59,378 bases of DNA, filler included, from 5 parts of 5 records of this genome joined end to end with filler, not necessarily neighbours in it; one strand, 5' to 3'. Numbered from the whole stretch's first letter, positions 1 to 11,294 are shown. Numbers and translations: made by a program. The notes: generated by a model not told the origin, from the sequence alone.

Positions 1-5
1 CAGGC

Positions 6-27
6 TTATCCACAGATTCCGTGGAAA
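6..27. promoter_or_regulatory. DnaA box (TTATCCACA) with a degenerate inverted partner, upstream of uvrC
   Basis: Perfect TTATCCACA at 6-14, followed by GATTCCGTGGAAA, which contains an imperfect inverted copy. Confidence 0.55.
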
Positions 28-90
28 CCTTTGCCCTTGAACTCAAGGGCGCTAGAGTGCAACGAGCGAGCAGAATCACCAGACCGACCC

Positions 91-1941
91 ATGACCGAGA
101 CCCCTGAACTGACCGGTCACGCGCTGATCGCCAGCTATGTCCGCACCCTCGACGGCTCGCCCGGTGTCTACCGGATGCTGGATGCCGAGGCGCGGGTGCT
201 TTACGTCGGCAAGGCGCGCAATCTGAAGGCGCGGGTGTCGAATTATGCGCGCCCCTCGGGGCATTCGGGCCGTATCGCCCGGATGATCCACGAGACGCGC
301 TCGATGATGTTCCTGACCACGCGCACCGAGACCGAGGCGCTGCTGCTGGAACAGAACCTGATCAAGCAGTTGAAGCCCGTCTACAACGTGCTGCTCAGGG
401 ACGACAAAAGCTTCCCCAACATCCTGATTTCCAAGGATCACCCCTTCCCGCAGATCCGCAAGCATCGCGGCAAGCGGACCGGGCGGGGCAGCTATTTCGG
501 CCCCTTCGCCAGTGCGGGCGCCGTGAACCGGACGCTGAACCAGTTGCAGAAGGTGTTCCTGCTGCGCTCCTGCGCGGATTCGTCGTTCAACAACCGGACC
601 CGGCCCTGCCTGCTGTATCAGATCAAGCGCTGTTCGGGCCCCTGCGTCGACCTGATCTCGCCCGAGGATTACGCGGGCCTCGTCTCGGATGCCGAACGCT
701 TCCTGTCGGGCAAGACCTCGCATATCCAGGCCGATCTGGCCAAGCAGATGCAGGAGGCCGCGGAGGCCATGGAATTCGAACGCGCGGCGGCCCTGCGCGA
801 CCGGATCCGCGCGCTGACCGCCGTGCAGCAGGGCCAGGGCATCAACCCCCGCGGCGTCGAGGAGGCCGATGTCGTCGCGCTCCATCTGGAGAAGGGGCAG
901 GCCTGCGTGCAGGTCTTCTTCATCCGCGCCAACCAGTCCTGGGGCAACAAGGATTTCTACCCGCGCACCGGCTCGGGCGCCGAAGAGGGCGAGATCCTGG
1001 AGGCCTTCCTCGCCCAGTTCTACGACGACAAGCCGCCGCCCCGGCAGATCCTGCTGTCCCATCCGATCGACAACGAGGATCTGATCCACGAACTCCTGAG
1101 CGCCCGTGCCGGCCGCAATGTCGAGCTGCGCGTGCCGCAGCGGGGCGAGAAGGCGGAACTGGTGGAAAACGCGCTGAGAAACGCCAAGGAATCGCTCGGC
1201 CGCAAGATGTCGGAAAGCGCCGCGCAATCGCGTCTGCTGGAGGGGCTAGCCGAGGCCTTCGACCTGGACGAGGCACCCAGACGGGTCGAGATCTACGACA
1301 ACTCGCATATCCAGGGCGCCCATGCCGTCGGCGCCATGGTGGTCGCGGGACCGGACGGCTGGCAAAAGAGCCAGTACCGTAAATTCACCATCAAGACCGC
1401 GCCGGGCGACGATTTCGGCATGATGAAAGAGGTGCTGACCCGGCGGTTCGAGCGCCTGCTGAAAGAGGACCCCGGCCGCGCGACCGAGGCCTGGCCGGAC
1501 CTCTTGCTGATCGACGGCGGCGCCGGGCAGATCAGCGCCGTGGCCGAGGTTCTGGCCGAACTGGGCGTCGATGACGTGCCCTTCGTCGGCGTCGCCAAGG
1601 GCGTCGACCGCGATCTGGGGCGCGAGGAATTCCACCGCCCCGGCACCCGGCCCTTTGCGCTGCGCCATAACGACCCGGTGCTTTATTTCGTCCAGCGCCT
1701 CAGGGACGAGGCCCACCGTTTCGCCATCGGCACCCACCGCGCCGCCCGCGCCAAGGCCACGACCAGCACGCCGCTGGACGAGGTCCCCGGCATCGGCGCC
1801 GCCCGCAAGCGCGCGCTCCTGCAGCATTTCGGCTCGGCCAAGGCGGTGACGCGGGCCGGACTGGCCGATCTGATGGCGGTGCCGGGGATCAGCCAGGCCA
1901 TGGCCGAAACTGTCTACAATTTCTTCCATACCGGCAGCTGA
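91..1941 (+). CDS. uvrC: Excinuclease ABC subunit C
   Basis: N-terminal GIY-YIG ([19 protein letters not shown]), Cys cluster, UVR motif (FERAAALRD), RNase H-like domain (YDNSH, LIDGG) and C-terminal HhH. ATG 91 is preferred over the TTG at 31. Confidence 0.97.
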   Translation: MTETPELTGHALIASYVRTLDGSPGVYRMLDAEARVLYVGKARNLKARVSNYARPSGHSGRIARMIHETRSMMFLTTRTETEALLLEQNLIKQLKPVYNVLLRDDKSFPNILISKDHPFPQIRKHRGKRTGRGSYFGPFASAGAVNRTLNQLQKVFLLRSCADSSFNNRTRPCLLYQIKRCSGPCVDLISPEDYAGLVSDAERFLSGKTSHIQADLAKQMQEAAEAMEFERAAALRDRIRALTAVQQGQGINPRGVEEADVVALHLEKGQACVQVFFIRANQSWGNKDFYPRTGSGAEEGEILEAFLAQFYDDKPPPRQILLSHPIDNEDLIHELLSARAGRNVELRVPQRGEKAELVENALRNAKESLGRKMSESAAQSRLLEGLAEAFDLDEAPRRVEIYDNSHIQGAHAVGAMVVAGPDGWQKSQYRKFTIKTAPGDDFGMMKEVLTRRFERLLKEDPGRATEAWPDLLLIDGGAGQISAVAEVLAELGVDDVPFVGVAKGVDRDLGREEFHRPGTRPFALRHNDPVLYFVQRLRDEAHRFAIGTHRAARAKATTSTPLDEVPGIGAARKRALLQHFGSAKAVTRAGLADLMAVPGISQAMAETVYNFFHTGS

Positions 1942-2016
1942 GACGGCGCCGCAGGTAACCTTGCCGAAAGACTCCCGCGGCATTCTGGCGGCTCCTCCAG
2001 CCCCGGGACCGCGATC

Positions 2017-3402
2017 ATGATGCAGGCCACGCCGACCACCAGCCACTCCGGCGCCCCCCGCGACGCGGGTCAGGAAGTCCCGTTCGAAATGAGCGAACTG
2101 GTCTATTCCAGGACCGACGAACGCGGCATCCTTCTGGCGGCCAACGATGTCTTCGAACGGCTCGGCGGCTTCGACTGGCGGGAATTGATCGGCTCGCCGC
2201 ACAAGATCGTGCGCCATCCCGACATGCCGAAAGCCTTCTTCCACATCTTCTGGCAATATCTGAAGGCCGGGGAACCGTCGGTCGGCTATGTCAAGAACCG
2301 CTCGAAGGACGGGCGCTATTACTGGGTGCTGGCCGCGGCCATCCCCTATGACGGCGGCTATTTCTCGGTGCGGATGCGGCCCTCCTCGCCGATCTTCCAC
2401 ACGATGCGCGCCGAATACGCCCGCCTGCGCCGCCGGGAGGAGACGGAGAAGCTTTCGGCCGAGGCCTCGGCAGCAATCCTGCTCGCCCGGCTGACCGAGC
2501 TTGGTTACCATTCCTATCCCGAATTCATGAGCCAGGCCCTGCATGAGGAATCGCTCGCCCGCGACGCGGCTCTGGGCAAGCCGCCGGACAAGGTGGCGAC
2601 GCATCTCTCGGGCCTGGTGACGGCGCTCAACGATGCGCTGAAGGAACAGACGCGGCTGGTCAGCCTGTTCGACAGTCTGAAGCTGCTGCCGGTGAACATG
2701 CGCCTGATCGCCGCCCGGCTGGAACCGCAGGGCGGGCCGATCAGCCAGATCTCGATGAACTACAAGACATCCTTCGACAATATCTCCGAAAAGCTGTCGA
2801 ACTTCGTCACCGGCGAGGGGAATATCTGCGGCCAGATGGACATCGCCGTGCGCCGCAGCCTGATCCTGAGCAATTGCGCCCGGCTGCATCTGGAAATGGC
2901 CCGATACATCCGCAAGCCCGAACGCACCCCACCCGAGGTTGAACGCCGCGAGGAGTACCAGATCGTCGAGACGCTCGGCCAGAGCAGTCATGCCCGGGTG
3001 CAGATCTCCCTGAACGAGGCGCTGCGCCTGGCGGCGGCGCTGATCGCCTCGGCCTTCGAGATCCGGCGCCTGGTGCTGGGGCTCGATACGATCCGCATCC
3101 TGGGCCGGGTGGAAAGCCGCCGCGACCACGTGTCCGAGGCCGCCTGCTCGGCCACACTCGACCAGATCGACGCCGTTCAGGCCGAGATTTCCGAGAGCCT
3201 GCAAAGCCTGTCGAACCTGGCTGTGGCGATCCAGACCGGCCTCTCGCTGATCAACGTCTCCCGCCGGCCGGAGGGTGAAGCCACGGCGCATCGCGCACCG
3301 GCAACCCGCGCCGCGACGGGCATGGCCGCGCGAGCGCCCAACGCCCCGGCCGCCACCAGGCCCCCAGGTGCACGCCCCGACGACCGTATCGCGGCGGAAT
3401 AG
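2017..3402 (+). CDS. Aer-type PAS domain protein with a helical, degenerate MCP-like C-terminus
   Basis: SRTDERG..ANDVF..ELIGSPHKIVRHPDMP..W..L..G...GYVKNRSKDGRYYWV matches the FAD-binding Aer PAS. No transmembrane segment and no canonical MCP tip motif seen. Confidence 0.8.
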   Translation: MMQATPTTSHSGAPRDAGQEVPFEMSELVYSRTDERGILLAANDVFERLGGFDWRELIGSPHKIVRHPDMPKAFFHIFWQYLKAGEPSVGYVKNRSKDGRYYWVLAAAIPYDGGYFSVRMRPSSPIFHTMRAEYARLRRREETEKLSAEASAAILLARLTELGYHSYPEFMSQALHEESLARDAALGKPPDKVATHLSGLVTALNDALKEQTRLVSLFDSLKLLPVNMRLIAARLEPQGGPISQISMNYKTSFDNISEKLSNFVTGEGNICGQMDIAVRRSLILSNCARLHLEMARYIRKPERTPPEVERREEYQIVETLGQSSHARVQISLNEALRLAAALIASAFEIRRLVLGLDTIRILGRVESRRDHVSEAACSATLDQIDAVQAEISESLQSLSNLAVAIQTGLSLINVSRRPEGEATAHRAPATRAATGMAARAPNAPAATRPPGARPDDRIAAE

Positions 3403-4630
3403 GGTTGCCCGCTCCCTCTCTCTACCCCTACCCCCCCTCTCCGCCTATATCCCCGGGGCTCCGCTTCCAGGGCCTCGGAAAAACGCGATGGGAGGCACCC
3501 GCTCTGCCACCGCCCTGGGACCCCACGCCAAGGCCAGATCGGGCCCCCTCCCTCCGGCGAGCAAAGCGCCAAAGAAACACCGCTGCAGCGCTCCAGCCTC
3601 CGCCGCACTCGCCCGCCAAGGTCCAGAAGACCGGCCCGGGAGCTCGCAAGGACAGCAAGGCCGGCGCGGCCGTCTGGGCCCACACACCCGGCGCTCACGC
3701 TTGGGCCAGGGACTACAGGGGACGGCTGGAGGTCACTAAGACGGCGGTCGGCGCCTCCACCATCCAGGCCCGGCCCTCACCATCGTGCCGCTAACAAGGC
3801 GGGTCGGCCGGAAGTCACAACGACGGCGGGCGGGGCAGCTGCCATCCGCTCACGCATATCCCACGGGCACATCTGCGATGGAGCGCAAGACAGCCGGTCC
3901 CGAAGGTCGCGAGGACCGCGCCTCGGGGCATGGCCCCCCGGGGCGGCCCACTCCACGCTCATGGCTGCGCCTTGGCACAAGACAGCCTGCCCCCGGGCGC
4001 CACGAGAACTGCGGCGGGGGGCGTCTCCTTCCCGGCCCGCACGCGCCGCGTTCGCGCCCGCTCCGTTGCACTACACGGTTTGGTCGGAGGCGCGACGGCA
4101 GTGGTCGCGGGCGCTGCCCTCAGGAACCGAAGGCCTCACGCCCCCGCCCGTGCCGGAGCACAAGGCAAATTGGCAGGAGATCACGGCGAAGGCGGCCAGG
4201 GGACGCCTCCAAGCCCCGCAGGCCTTGCCCCCACCAATGCGGTGAAGCCTCGACGGCATGGTCGGAACCTGCTTGGCAGGCAAGGCAGAGATCTCCCCCC
4301 CTGCCTACCCCTCGCGCCCCACCCAGCCGGATCCAGATGCGCGAAACTCGGTCCGGGCGAAAGCGCCGGGTAGGCGCCCCCAGAACGTGCGCCCCAAACT
4401 CAGACCCGCGCTTGTCATCACGAATCCCCGCCTGCTCCCCCGCCAGAAGACCCGTCAAACACCACGGCTGCAGGGGCAACTGCCTCCCGGCGCCGGGCAC
4501 CGCCCTGCGGGACCACAGAGCCAGCAAGCCCGAAACCTCCCGCCCCAACGCCCTGCGACACGCCGCCCAGGGTGGGGCCGAGGGGAACTGGCCTCTTTTC
4601 CCGGCGATGCGCTTGGGCTACCAACAGGCC

Positions 4631-5299
4631 ATGCGATGGACGATACCCAACACGCTGACCTTCCTGCGCCTGATCGCAGCCCCCGGGGTGGCGATCATGT
4701 TCCTGTATTTCGCCCGCCCCTGGGCCGACTGGTTCGCGCTGGTCCTGTTCCTGGTCGCCGCGATCACCGATTATTTCGACGGCTATCTGGCGCGGCTCTG
4801 GCGGCAGGAAAGCCGGATGGGCGCCATGCTGGACCCGATTGCCGACAAGGCGATGGTGGTCATCGCGCTGCTGGTGCTGACCGGCTATTCGGGCATGGAT
4901 CCCTATCTGATCCTGCCGGCCACGGTGATCCTGTTCCGCGAGGTCTTCGTCTCGGGGCTCCGCGAATATCTGGGCAATACCTCGCGCCTCCTGGCGGTTA
5001 CCAAGCTGGCGAAATGGAAGACCACGGCGCAGATGGTGGCGATCTCGACCCTGTTCGCGGCGCTGGGGCTGGAATACGTGCGCGAGCAGGCGCTGGCCCG
5101 CAACCGTCAGATCATCGCCCAGATGACCGATACCGGCATCGACGCCGAACTCAACCTGCTCTCCATTGCCAATATGGGGGGCGAGGCGGTCTGGAACTTC
5201 GGCCTGGTGCTGATCTGGATCGCCGCGGCGCTGACCGCGATCACCGGCTGGGACTATCTGCGCAAGGCCCTGCCGTTCCTCAAGGATGGCAGCGAATGA
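4631..5299 (+). CDS. pgsA: CDP-diacylglycerol--glycerol-3-phosphate 3-phosphatidyltransferase
   Basis: IPNTLTFLRL start and the CDP-alcohol phosphotransferase motif DYFDGYLAR...GAMLDPIADK. Usual uvrC-pgsA-moaD-moaE context. Confidence 0.95.
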   Translation: MRWTIPNTLTFLRLIAAPGVAIMFLYFARPWADWFALVLFLVAAITDYFDGYLARLWRQESRMGAMLDPIADKAMVVIALLVLTGYSGMDPYLILPATVILFREVFVSGLREYLGNTSRLLAVTKLAKWKTTAQMVAISTLFAALGLEYVREQALARNRQIIAQMTDTGIDAELNLLSIANMGGEAVWNFGLVLIWIAAALTAITGWDYLRKALPFLKDGSE

Positions 5300-5547
5300 A
5301 CGTCACGATCCTCTACTTCGCCTGGCTGCGCGAACGCATCGGCCTGCCGCGCGAGACGCTGGAGACCGAGGCCGCCACCGTGACCCAGCTGGTCGAGGAA
5401 TTGCGCGGCCGCGAGGAGCGCTATGCGCTGGCCTTCGCCGACCTCAAGGCGGTGCGCGTCGCGCTGGATCAGGAGCTGTCGGATTTCGACGCCCCGCTGG
5501 CCGGCGTGCGCGAGATCGCCTTCTTCCCGCCGATGACCGGGGGCTGA
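5296..5547 (+). CDS. moaD: Molybdopterin synthase sulfur carrier subunit
   Basis: MNVTILYFAWLRE start, C-terminal FFPPMTGG di-glycine, ATGA overlap with the pgsA stop. Confidence 0.95.
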   Translation: MNVTILYFAWLRERIGLPRETLETEAATVTQLVEELRGREERYALAFADLKAVRVALDQELSDFDAPLAGVREIAFFPPMTGG

Positions 5548-5550
5548 GCC

Positions 5551-5838
5551 ATGACGATCCGCGTCCAGGCCGAGCCCTTCGACTATGGCGCCGAGTGCAA
5601 CGCCTTCGCGGCGGCCTGCGGCGGGGCCGGGGCGGTGGTGACCTTCTGCGGGCTGGTGCGCGACGAGGACGGGCGCCTGAGCGGCATGGAGATCGAGCAT
5701 TACCCCGGCATGACCGAACGCGCGCTGGCCGCCATCGAGGCCGAGGCCCGCGCCCGCTGGTCGCTGACCGAGGCGCTGATCCTGCACCGCCACGGGCCGA
5801 TGCAGCCGGGCGAGGCGATCATGATGGTCGCCACCGCC
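5551..5838 (+). CDS. moaE: Molybdopterin synthase catalytic subunit (3'-truncated at contig end)
   Basis: GAVVTFCGLVRD, EHYPGMTE and HRHG motifs; directly follows moaD. Confidence 0.93.
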
Positions 5839-5938
5839 NNNNNNNNNNNNNNNNNNNNNNNNNNNNNNNNNNNNNNNNNNNNTTAATTAATTAANNNNNN
5901 NNNNNNNNNNNNNNNNNNNNNNNNNNNNNNNNNNNNNN
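5839..5938. other. Artificial contig linker
   Basis: N44-TTAATTAATTAA-N44 (stops in all six frames) with an abrupt GC shift across it. Confidence 0.98.
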
Positions 5939-7726
5939 TTCTAAAGGACTTAAACTTATTTGAATAGGAATTTCAGTTCCATTTTTATGAACACCATAAA
6001 GATCTTTTTCCACACCCATAGATCTATAGTTTGGGTTACCATAAAAACTATCTTCATACATTTTTATATTACCTGGCAGTGAATCTGGAATGAGTATTTC
6101 AACAGCTTTGCCCAGTAATTCAAGAGATGTGTAACCAAACATTATTTCTGCTTGCTTATTTATTATCTGAATCTCTCTTTGTTCATTTACAATCACCATT
6201 GCATCTGGTGCAGATTCTAATAAACCTTTAAACTTATTTTCAGCTATTCGTTGTTGGCTAATATCTTGGCAGGTACCAATCATCTTTACTACCTCACCAT
6301 TTGTATTAGTGTATACAACTCCTTGCAATTGTACGGTTTTTGTTTTCCCATTTGTAATAATATGATGTGTAAAACTTTTAAAATGTGCAGTGGTTAAGGC
6401 ATGATCAAAATATTCCGTAACAAGGTCCTTATCATCAGGATGCACAAAATTAAAATAGGTGTTAAAGTTTAAAGCTGTTGTTTCTTTATCCAGCTCAAAC
6501 ATATTGTAGAGGTTATTGGACCATTGTACCTTGTCTATAATTACGTCCCAATGCCAATGCCCAATCTTATTAATCTCTTCTGCCAAGTTTAATAGTTGGT
6601 TTTTTTGCAATAATTCATTCTTAATCTTTTTTCTTTCAGAAATATCGAATGAAATTCCTAACACGCCTATTTTTTCCCCTAAATCATTTAAAATAGCTGA
6701 AAGCGTAAGTTGAATAGGGAAGGTAGTGCCATTTTTTCTTACGCATACCCATTCGCGGGTATCATGTTCATTGTGTTTTGCTAATTCATTAAAAGGGTTG
6801 CATTCATGTGGATCAATACCATATCTAGTAGCAATATCTGTTTTAAATTGATCCAACTCTTCATCTAGTTGAAGAATTTCAGGTTTATTAATTCCTATCA
6901 TTTCAGAAGCTGAATACCCAGTTAATAGTTCTGCTCCATAATTAAAATGTTTAATAATGCCATCTGTTCCAATTGATATAATTGAAACTGGCCCAGTATT
7001 TAAGATAGCTTTCAACTCTGAATTAACTTTGTTTAAAGCCAATTTTGATTCTCTTAGACTATGTTTAGAAAAGTTTAATTGTTTATTTAATTCTGTTAAT
7101 TCAATATTTCTATTTAATAATTGCTTTACTCCAGGCATATAGACCAATAAATACTCAATTAAAAAAAGTAGAACAGAGATAAATGCTAATATAAACATGG
7201 TTCGTACTAAGCACCTTAGATTTTCTTCGGGAAATTTTTGGTATTCTTCAACGACAGCATCCATTGATAAAAGAAAAGAGGATTCTGCAACCGTAATGGT
7301 AGATAAATTACTATTTAATAACGCCGAATTAGGGTCAGTGCTAATATTCCGAGAAGCAGTAAGTATCTTGTTTAGGTGAGGTTCACTAATATGTAATAAG
7401 GAGTCAATTAACTTATTGTTTTCATCTTCCTTATTATGAGAAACAAGATAGTGATGAGAATTTTCTAATTCATCAGTAACTTCTTTTAACGATTTTAAAT
7501 AATTAATTTTAAGGGTGTCTGTAAGTTCATTATTTAAAGCAAAAGCATATTTAGCAACGCTTTCGTATAACATTCGTTGTTTTCCAGACTTACCTATTAA
7601 AAAAGCATGATGTCTTTGTGATTCGGCACTTTGATGAACTATATAGAGCGCTGCACCTATTATTATAAGCAGTGTAACAATAAGTAGAATATACCTATTT
7701 TTAATAATCTTGGTAAATTTTTCCAT
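5939..7726 (-). CDS. Membrane multi-PAS sensor, probably a histidine kinase (3'-truncated)
   Basis: Two TM helices flank a NarX/PilJ-like sensor (IGKSGKQRML), followed by three PAS/PAC units (FNYGAELLTGYS, VHPDDK, LLESAPDAMVIVN). The output domain lies beyond the contig end. Confidence 0.8.
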
Positions 7727-8430
7727 CCTAATACTAATTTCTAAATAGTATTACAATGAATTATAAAACTTGAAAAAGTTTTATATAGGTAGGTTTGCTT
7801 TTGAATCATGAGGATGTTTAATTTATTGTCACAAATTGGCTTGTTAGGCAATTAGTTGGGAAGTTTTACATTTTATTATCTTAAACAATCATAATTGAAT
7901 ATTTGTAGTAAATACTTAAAAATCAAATCACAATCACATTAATTGGGGAATATTAAATATAGCTAATTTTAATTAAATACACTAATTGTATAGCTAGTTT
8001 AGAATTAATATGCGCATAAAAGCCTAAATAGTTTTGTGTCAAAATGAAATCTTTAAACTAAAAAACTTTCATAATTTACTTTTAAACTCTTTTTTATTGA
8101 AAAGGTTTTTTTAAGAATTTTCACCTCATAGAGAAAGGTTTTAAAACTTCGATTACAACTTTTTCATAACAAGCTTATAAAACCCCAAACTACCAGTAAA
8201 TATTAGAAAGTAGATAAATTAATTACATATTCCAATACAAATAACTTTTTTGTTCATACTATCGTAAATAATCCAAGATTGAATAATTTTTTTCATTATA
8301 TTTATCTGAAAATCAAATACTTCTAAAAGTGGGCTAAAGTGAATTTATTCCATTTTAGTTGTGAATTAACCATTGCATGTTTCTTTTTAATGTGCACTTT
8401 AAATAGAACAAACATTAAAAAATTAAGGAT

Positions 8431-9036
8431 ATGAAAACGATTAAACTTTACTTGATGCTATGTGTATCTCTATTTTTTTGTAATGAAATTGATGCACAAA
8501 GAGCTATAGAACAGCTAGGGCAAAATTATTATGTAGCGGGACCAACTTCTAATGAAATTGAATCTATAGCTTCTGAACAACGTTGCCAAAATTGGTGCTG
8601 GGCAACATGTGTGCAAATGGTATTAAATTATCATGGACTCTATGTTCAGCAAGAGCAAATAGTTCAAAAAGTATATGGAGGATTACCCTGCAACACTGGA
8701 AATGCTCAAAACATCATGAATGCACTTTCTGGATGGGCGCCAGACTCCAGAGGGAGATATTCACAAATATACGCACAATATGGTGTGTATAGTGGGTCAG
8801 ATATTGTTGATCAGTTATCTAGAAAATGGCCAATAATTGTTGGGTTAAGAGAAGAAGGACATGCCTATGTTTTAACAGCTATTTATTACGCTGTTGATCA
8901 ATGGAATAATCCTGTAATAGACAAAGTGGTTTTACGAGATCCTTGGCCTAACAATCCAAGTAGAAAAGAAATGAATTGGAATACCTTCATTGCAAAACAA
9001 CCAGAATTTTTTAAAGTATGGGTAAATAGGTTGTAA
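8431..9036 (+). CDS. Secreted papain-like cysteine protease (C39/C70-like)
   Basis: Signal peptide, QxxxNWCWA catalytic Cys motif, GHAYVL His and DPWP Asp. Confidence 0.75.
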   Translation: MKTIKLYLMLCVSLFFCNEIDAQRAIEQLGQNYYVAGPTSNEIESIASEQRCQNWCWATCVQMVLNYHGLYVQQEQIVQKVYGGLPCNTGNAQNIMNALSGWAPDSRGRYSQIYAQYGVYSGSDIVDQLSRKWPIIVGLREEGHAYVLTAIYYAVDQWNNPVIDKVVLRDPWPNNPSRKEMNWNTFIAKQPEFFKVWVNRL

Positions 9037-9258
9037 TAAAATAACTTGTTGAAGGGTTTTATTTGGCTACTATTAAAGCCGTTTACTTTAAGTTTATAAG
9101 TTGCTAACTTTAATTTAAGAGTCTTAAATTAATAATGCGTTATTGGTTTTACTATATTTGATTACTACCTAATAAGTATCAATTTTATAGGACTTCATTA
9201 TTATTTATGAAGTAATATGAAGTCGTTATATATAGTTTGTAGCCCTAAATAACCATCG

Positions 9259-9861
9259 TTGAAAGAAGTATTAAAAAAGAACGCCGGGATATTATTTATT
9301 GTTGTTTTCATCTTTTTACTGCTTTTAGGGAAAGATAAACGGGAAGAGTTAGCAATCAATAAAAATAAAGAAAGCGCTATTGCAAAAATTACAAGTATAA
9401 AAAAAGGAAAAGGAAGTCACGTTAACTATGTGTTTAGGTATAAAGACAAATGGTTTTCTGACACCGATTCTTGGAATGGAAAAGCTGCCGTAAATGAGTA
9501 TTTTAAAGTTGAATTCGATAAAACAAACCCTGCAAATTCAGCTATTCTTTTAAGAAATAAATCAATCAACCCAATGCGTTTGGTAAACCAAGGAGTAGAA
9601 ATTAAAGCAAGCGTGAATAAAGTTGCGTATCCATCAAAAGCGTATATAGATTTATACATTTCATATACTTACAATAATGAAGAGTTTAGCTTCCGAACTC
9701 GGAAACATATAGATAGTCTACCTTGTGGTGTCGTTACTAACTGTCTTAATGCAACGATACCTTTAAAGATAAATGATAAATTTCCAGCTTTGAATAATTT
9801 GTATTATGAAAGCTATGATAGAAGTAGATTAAGAGAAAAGCTTAAATTAAAAACTGAATAG
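9259..9861 (+). CDS. Hypothetical membrane-anchored protein
   Basis: 200-aa ORF in AT-rich DNA with an N-terminal hydrophobic helix and two similar beta-rich units (YVFRYKDKWF, ISYTYNNEEF). TTG start. Confidence 0.6.
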   Translation: MKEVLKKNAGILFIVVFIFLLLLGKDKREELAINKNKESAIAKITSIKKGKGSHVNYVFRYKDKWFSDTDSWNGKAAVNEYFKVEFDKTNPANSAILLRNKSINPMRLVNQGVEIKASVNKVAYPSKAYIDLYISYTYNNEEFSFRTRKHIDSLPCGVVTNCLNATIPLKINDKFPALNNLYYESYDRSRLREKLKLKTE

Positions 9862-9925
9862 AAGTAATTCGGCGTATTAGTGACGAACTTCTTTCCAGAG
9901 TACCAATTCCTATTAAAAGCCTGCC

Positions 9926-9933
9926 TATCTTTG
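9926..9933 (+). promoter_or_regulatory. Bacteroidetes -7 promoter element (TAnnTTTG)
   Basis: TATCTTTG 14 nt before the helicase ATG. The same element precedes dps (13230-13237, minus), the beta-barrel gene (13675-13682) and wecB (14580-14587). Confidence 0.55.
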
Positions 9934-9947
9934 CCGAAAATATTTTT

Positions 9948-11294
9948 ATGCCCAATACCTTTCCCGATTTAGGAATAAATAACCAATTACACCAAAGTTT
10001 AGCAAACCTTAATATATCTGTGCCTACAGATATTCAATGTAAAACAATTCCACAAATACTAACGCAAACCAAAGATATAGTTGCTTTAGCAAAAACAGGA
10101 AGTGGAAAAACTGCTGCTTTTGGATTACCATTATTACAACTCATTGACACAAAAAATACAAGTGTACAAGCAGTAATTTTAGCACCAACTCGTGAATTAG
10201 GACAACAAATACATGCCAATTTAGTTTCATTTAGTTCAAATAGCCCAGAGATTTCTATAGCAGCTGTTTGTGGTGGTATTCCGATAAAACCACAAATAGA
10301 ACGCTTAAAAACGGCTACACACATAATTGTTGCAACCCCTGGCCGTTTGGTCGATTTATTAAATAGAAAAGCTATTTCACTTACAAATACTACTTATTTG
10401 GTATTAGATGAAGCCGATGAAATGGTAAGTGCTTTAAAAACAGATTTAAACAGTATAGTTGCTGCTATTCCAAAGTCTCGAAGAACTCTTCTGTTTACAG
10501 CTACGATGCCTGGTACCATTAAGCAATTGGTGCAAAACTATATGAGTAAGCATGTGTTGCATATAGAAGCAGATATGGACACGATGGGGCATCAAGGCAT
10601 AGACCATCAATTTATAGTTGTAGAACCTATTGAAAAGTTGGATGTCTTGCTACATTTTTTAAGTGCTAAAGAAGGAGAACGCGGGATTATATTTTGTAAA
10701 ACAAAAGCTGCTGTTAACAAACTAGCAAAAAACTTAGCAATAAATAAATTTTCGTCAGGGGCTATTCATGGAAGTCTAACACAAGCCATACGCGACCGCG
10801 TTATGGGGCAATTTAGGGAGGGGCATATAGCTATTTTGGTAGCTACAGATCTTGCTGCCCGTGGGTTAGATGTAAAAGAAATTAGTTATGTAATAAACTA
10901 TCATTTGCCTGACACTTATGAAACCTATGTACATAGAAGCGGTCGAACGGCTAGGGCAGGAGCAAAAGGACTTTCAGTTACTATTTTACAGCAGGAGGAA
11001 GTTTTTGAAATCCCAGAATTTGAAGAAGAATTAGGGATTGTTTTTAATGAGATGAAAAAACCAGATTCGCAAAGTACTGAAGAAAATAATACTTTGCTTT
11101 GGGCGAAAAAAATATTTAAAACCAAACCCAATCGAACTATTTCTGCTGAGTTTAGGGAAAAAATTAATACCGTTTTTCATCATTTAACCAAGGAAGAGTT
11201 GGTAGATAAAATACTAGCATACCAAATAGCACAAACCGCTGTTGTTGCTCCAAAAGAAGAAGCGCCAACCAAGAAAAAGAAGAAACAAAAGTAA
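9948..11294 (+). CDS. DEAD-box RNA helicase
   Basis: Q motif, AKTGSGKT, PTRELG, TPGR, LDEADEM, ARGLD, HRSGRTAR. Confidence 0.95.
   Translation: MPNTFPDLGINNQLHQSLANLNISVPTDIQCKTIPQILTQTKDIVALAKTGSGKTAAFGLPLLQLIDTKNTSVQAVILAPTRELGQQIHANLVSFSSNSPEISIAAVCGGIPIKPQIERLKTATHIIVATPGRLVDLLNRKAISLTNTTYLVLDEADEMVSALKTDLNSIVAAIPKSRRTLLFTATMPGTIKQLVQNYMSKHVLHIEADMDTMGHQGIDHQFIVVEPIEKLDVLLHFLSAKEGERGIIFCKTKAAVNKLAKNLAINKFSSGAIHGSLTQAIRDRVMGQFREGHIAILVATDLAARGLDVKEISYVINYHLPDTYETYVHRSGRTARAGAKGLSVTILQQEEVFEIPEFEEELGIVFNEMKKPDSQSTEENNTLLWAKKIFKTKPNRTISAEFREKINTVFHHLTKEELVDKILAYQIAQTAVVAPKEEAPTKKKKKQK

Noticed and set aside
76-3291. Long antisense ORFs (383 and 681 aa), and similar ones over 46538-57704
   Set aside because: Shadow ORFs of real high-GC genes, caused by codon bias.
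3785-4630. 282-codon in-frame N-terminal extension of PgsA (504-aa ORF)
   Set aside because: Arg/Pro/Gly-rich, non-protein-like translation of GC-rich DNA; PgsA homology starts at ATG 4631.
5883-5894. TTAATTAATTAA palindrome repeated four times in the window
   Set aside because: Always centred in an identical N44 padding; it is a synthetic all-frame-stop spacer.
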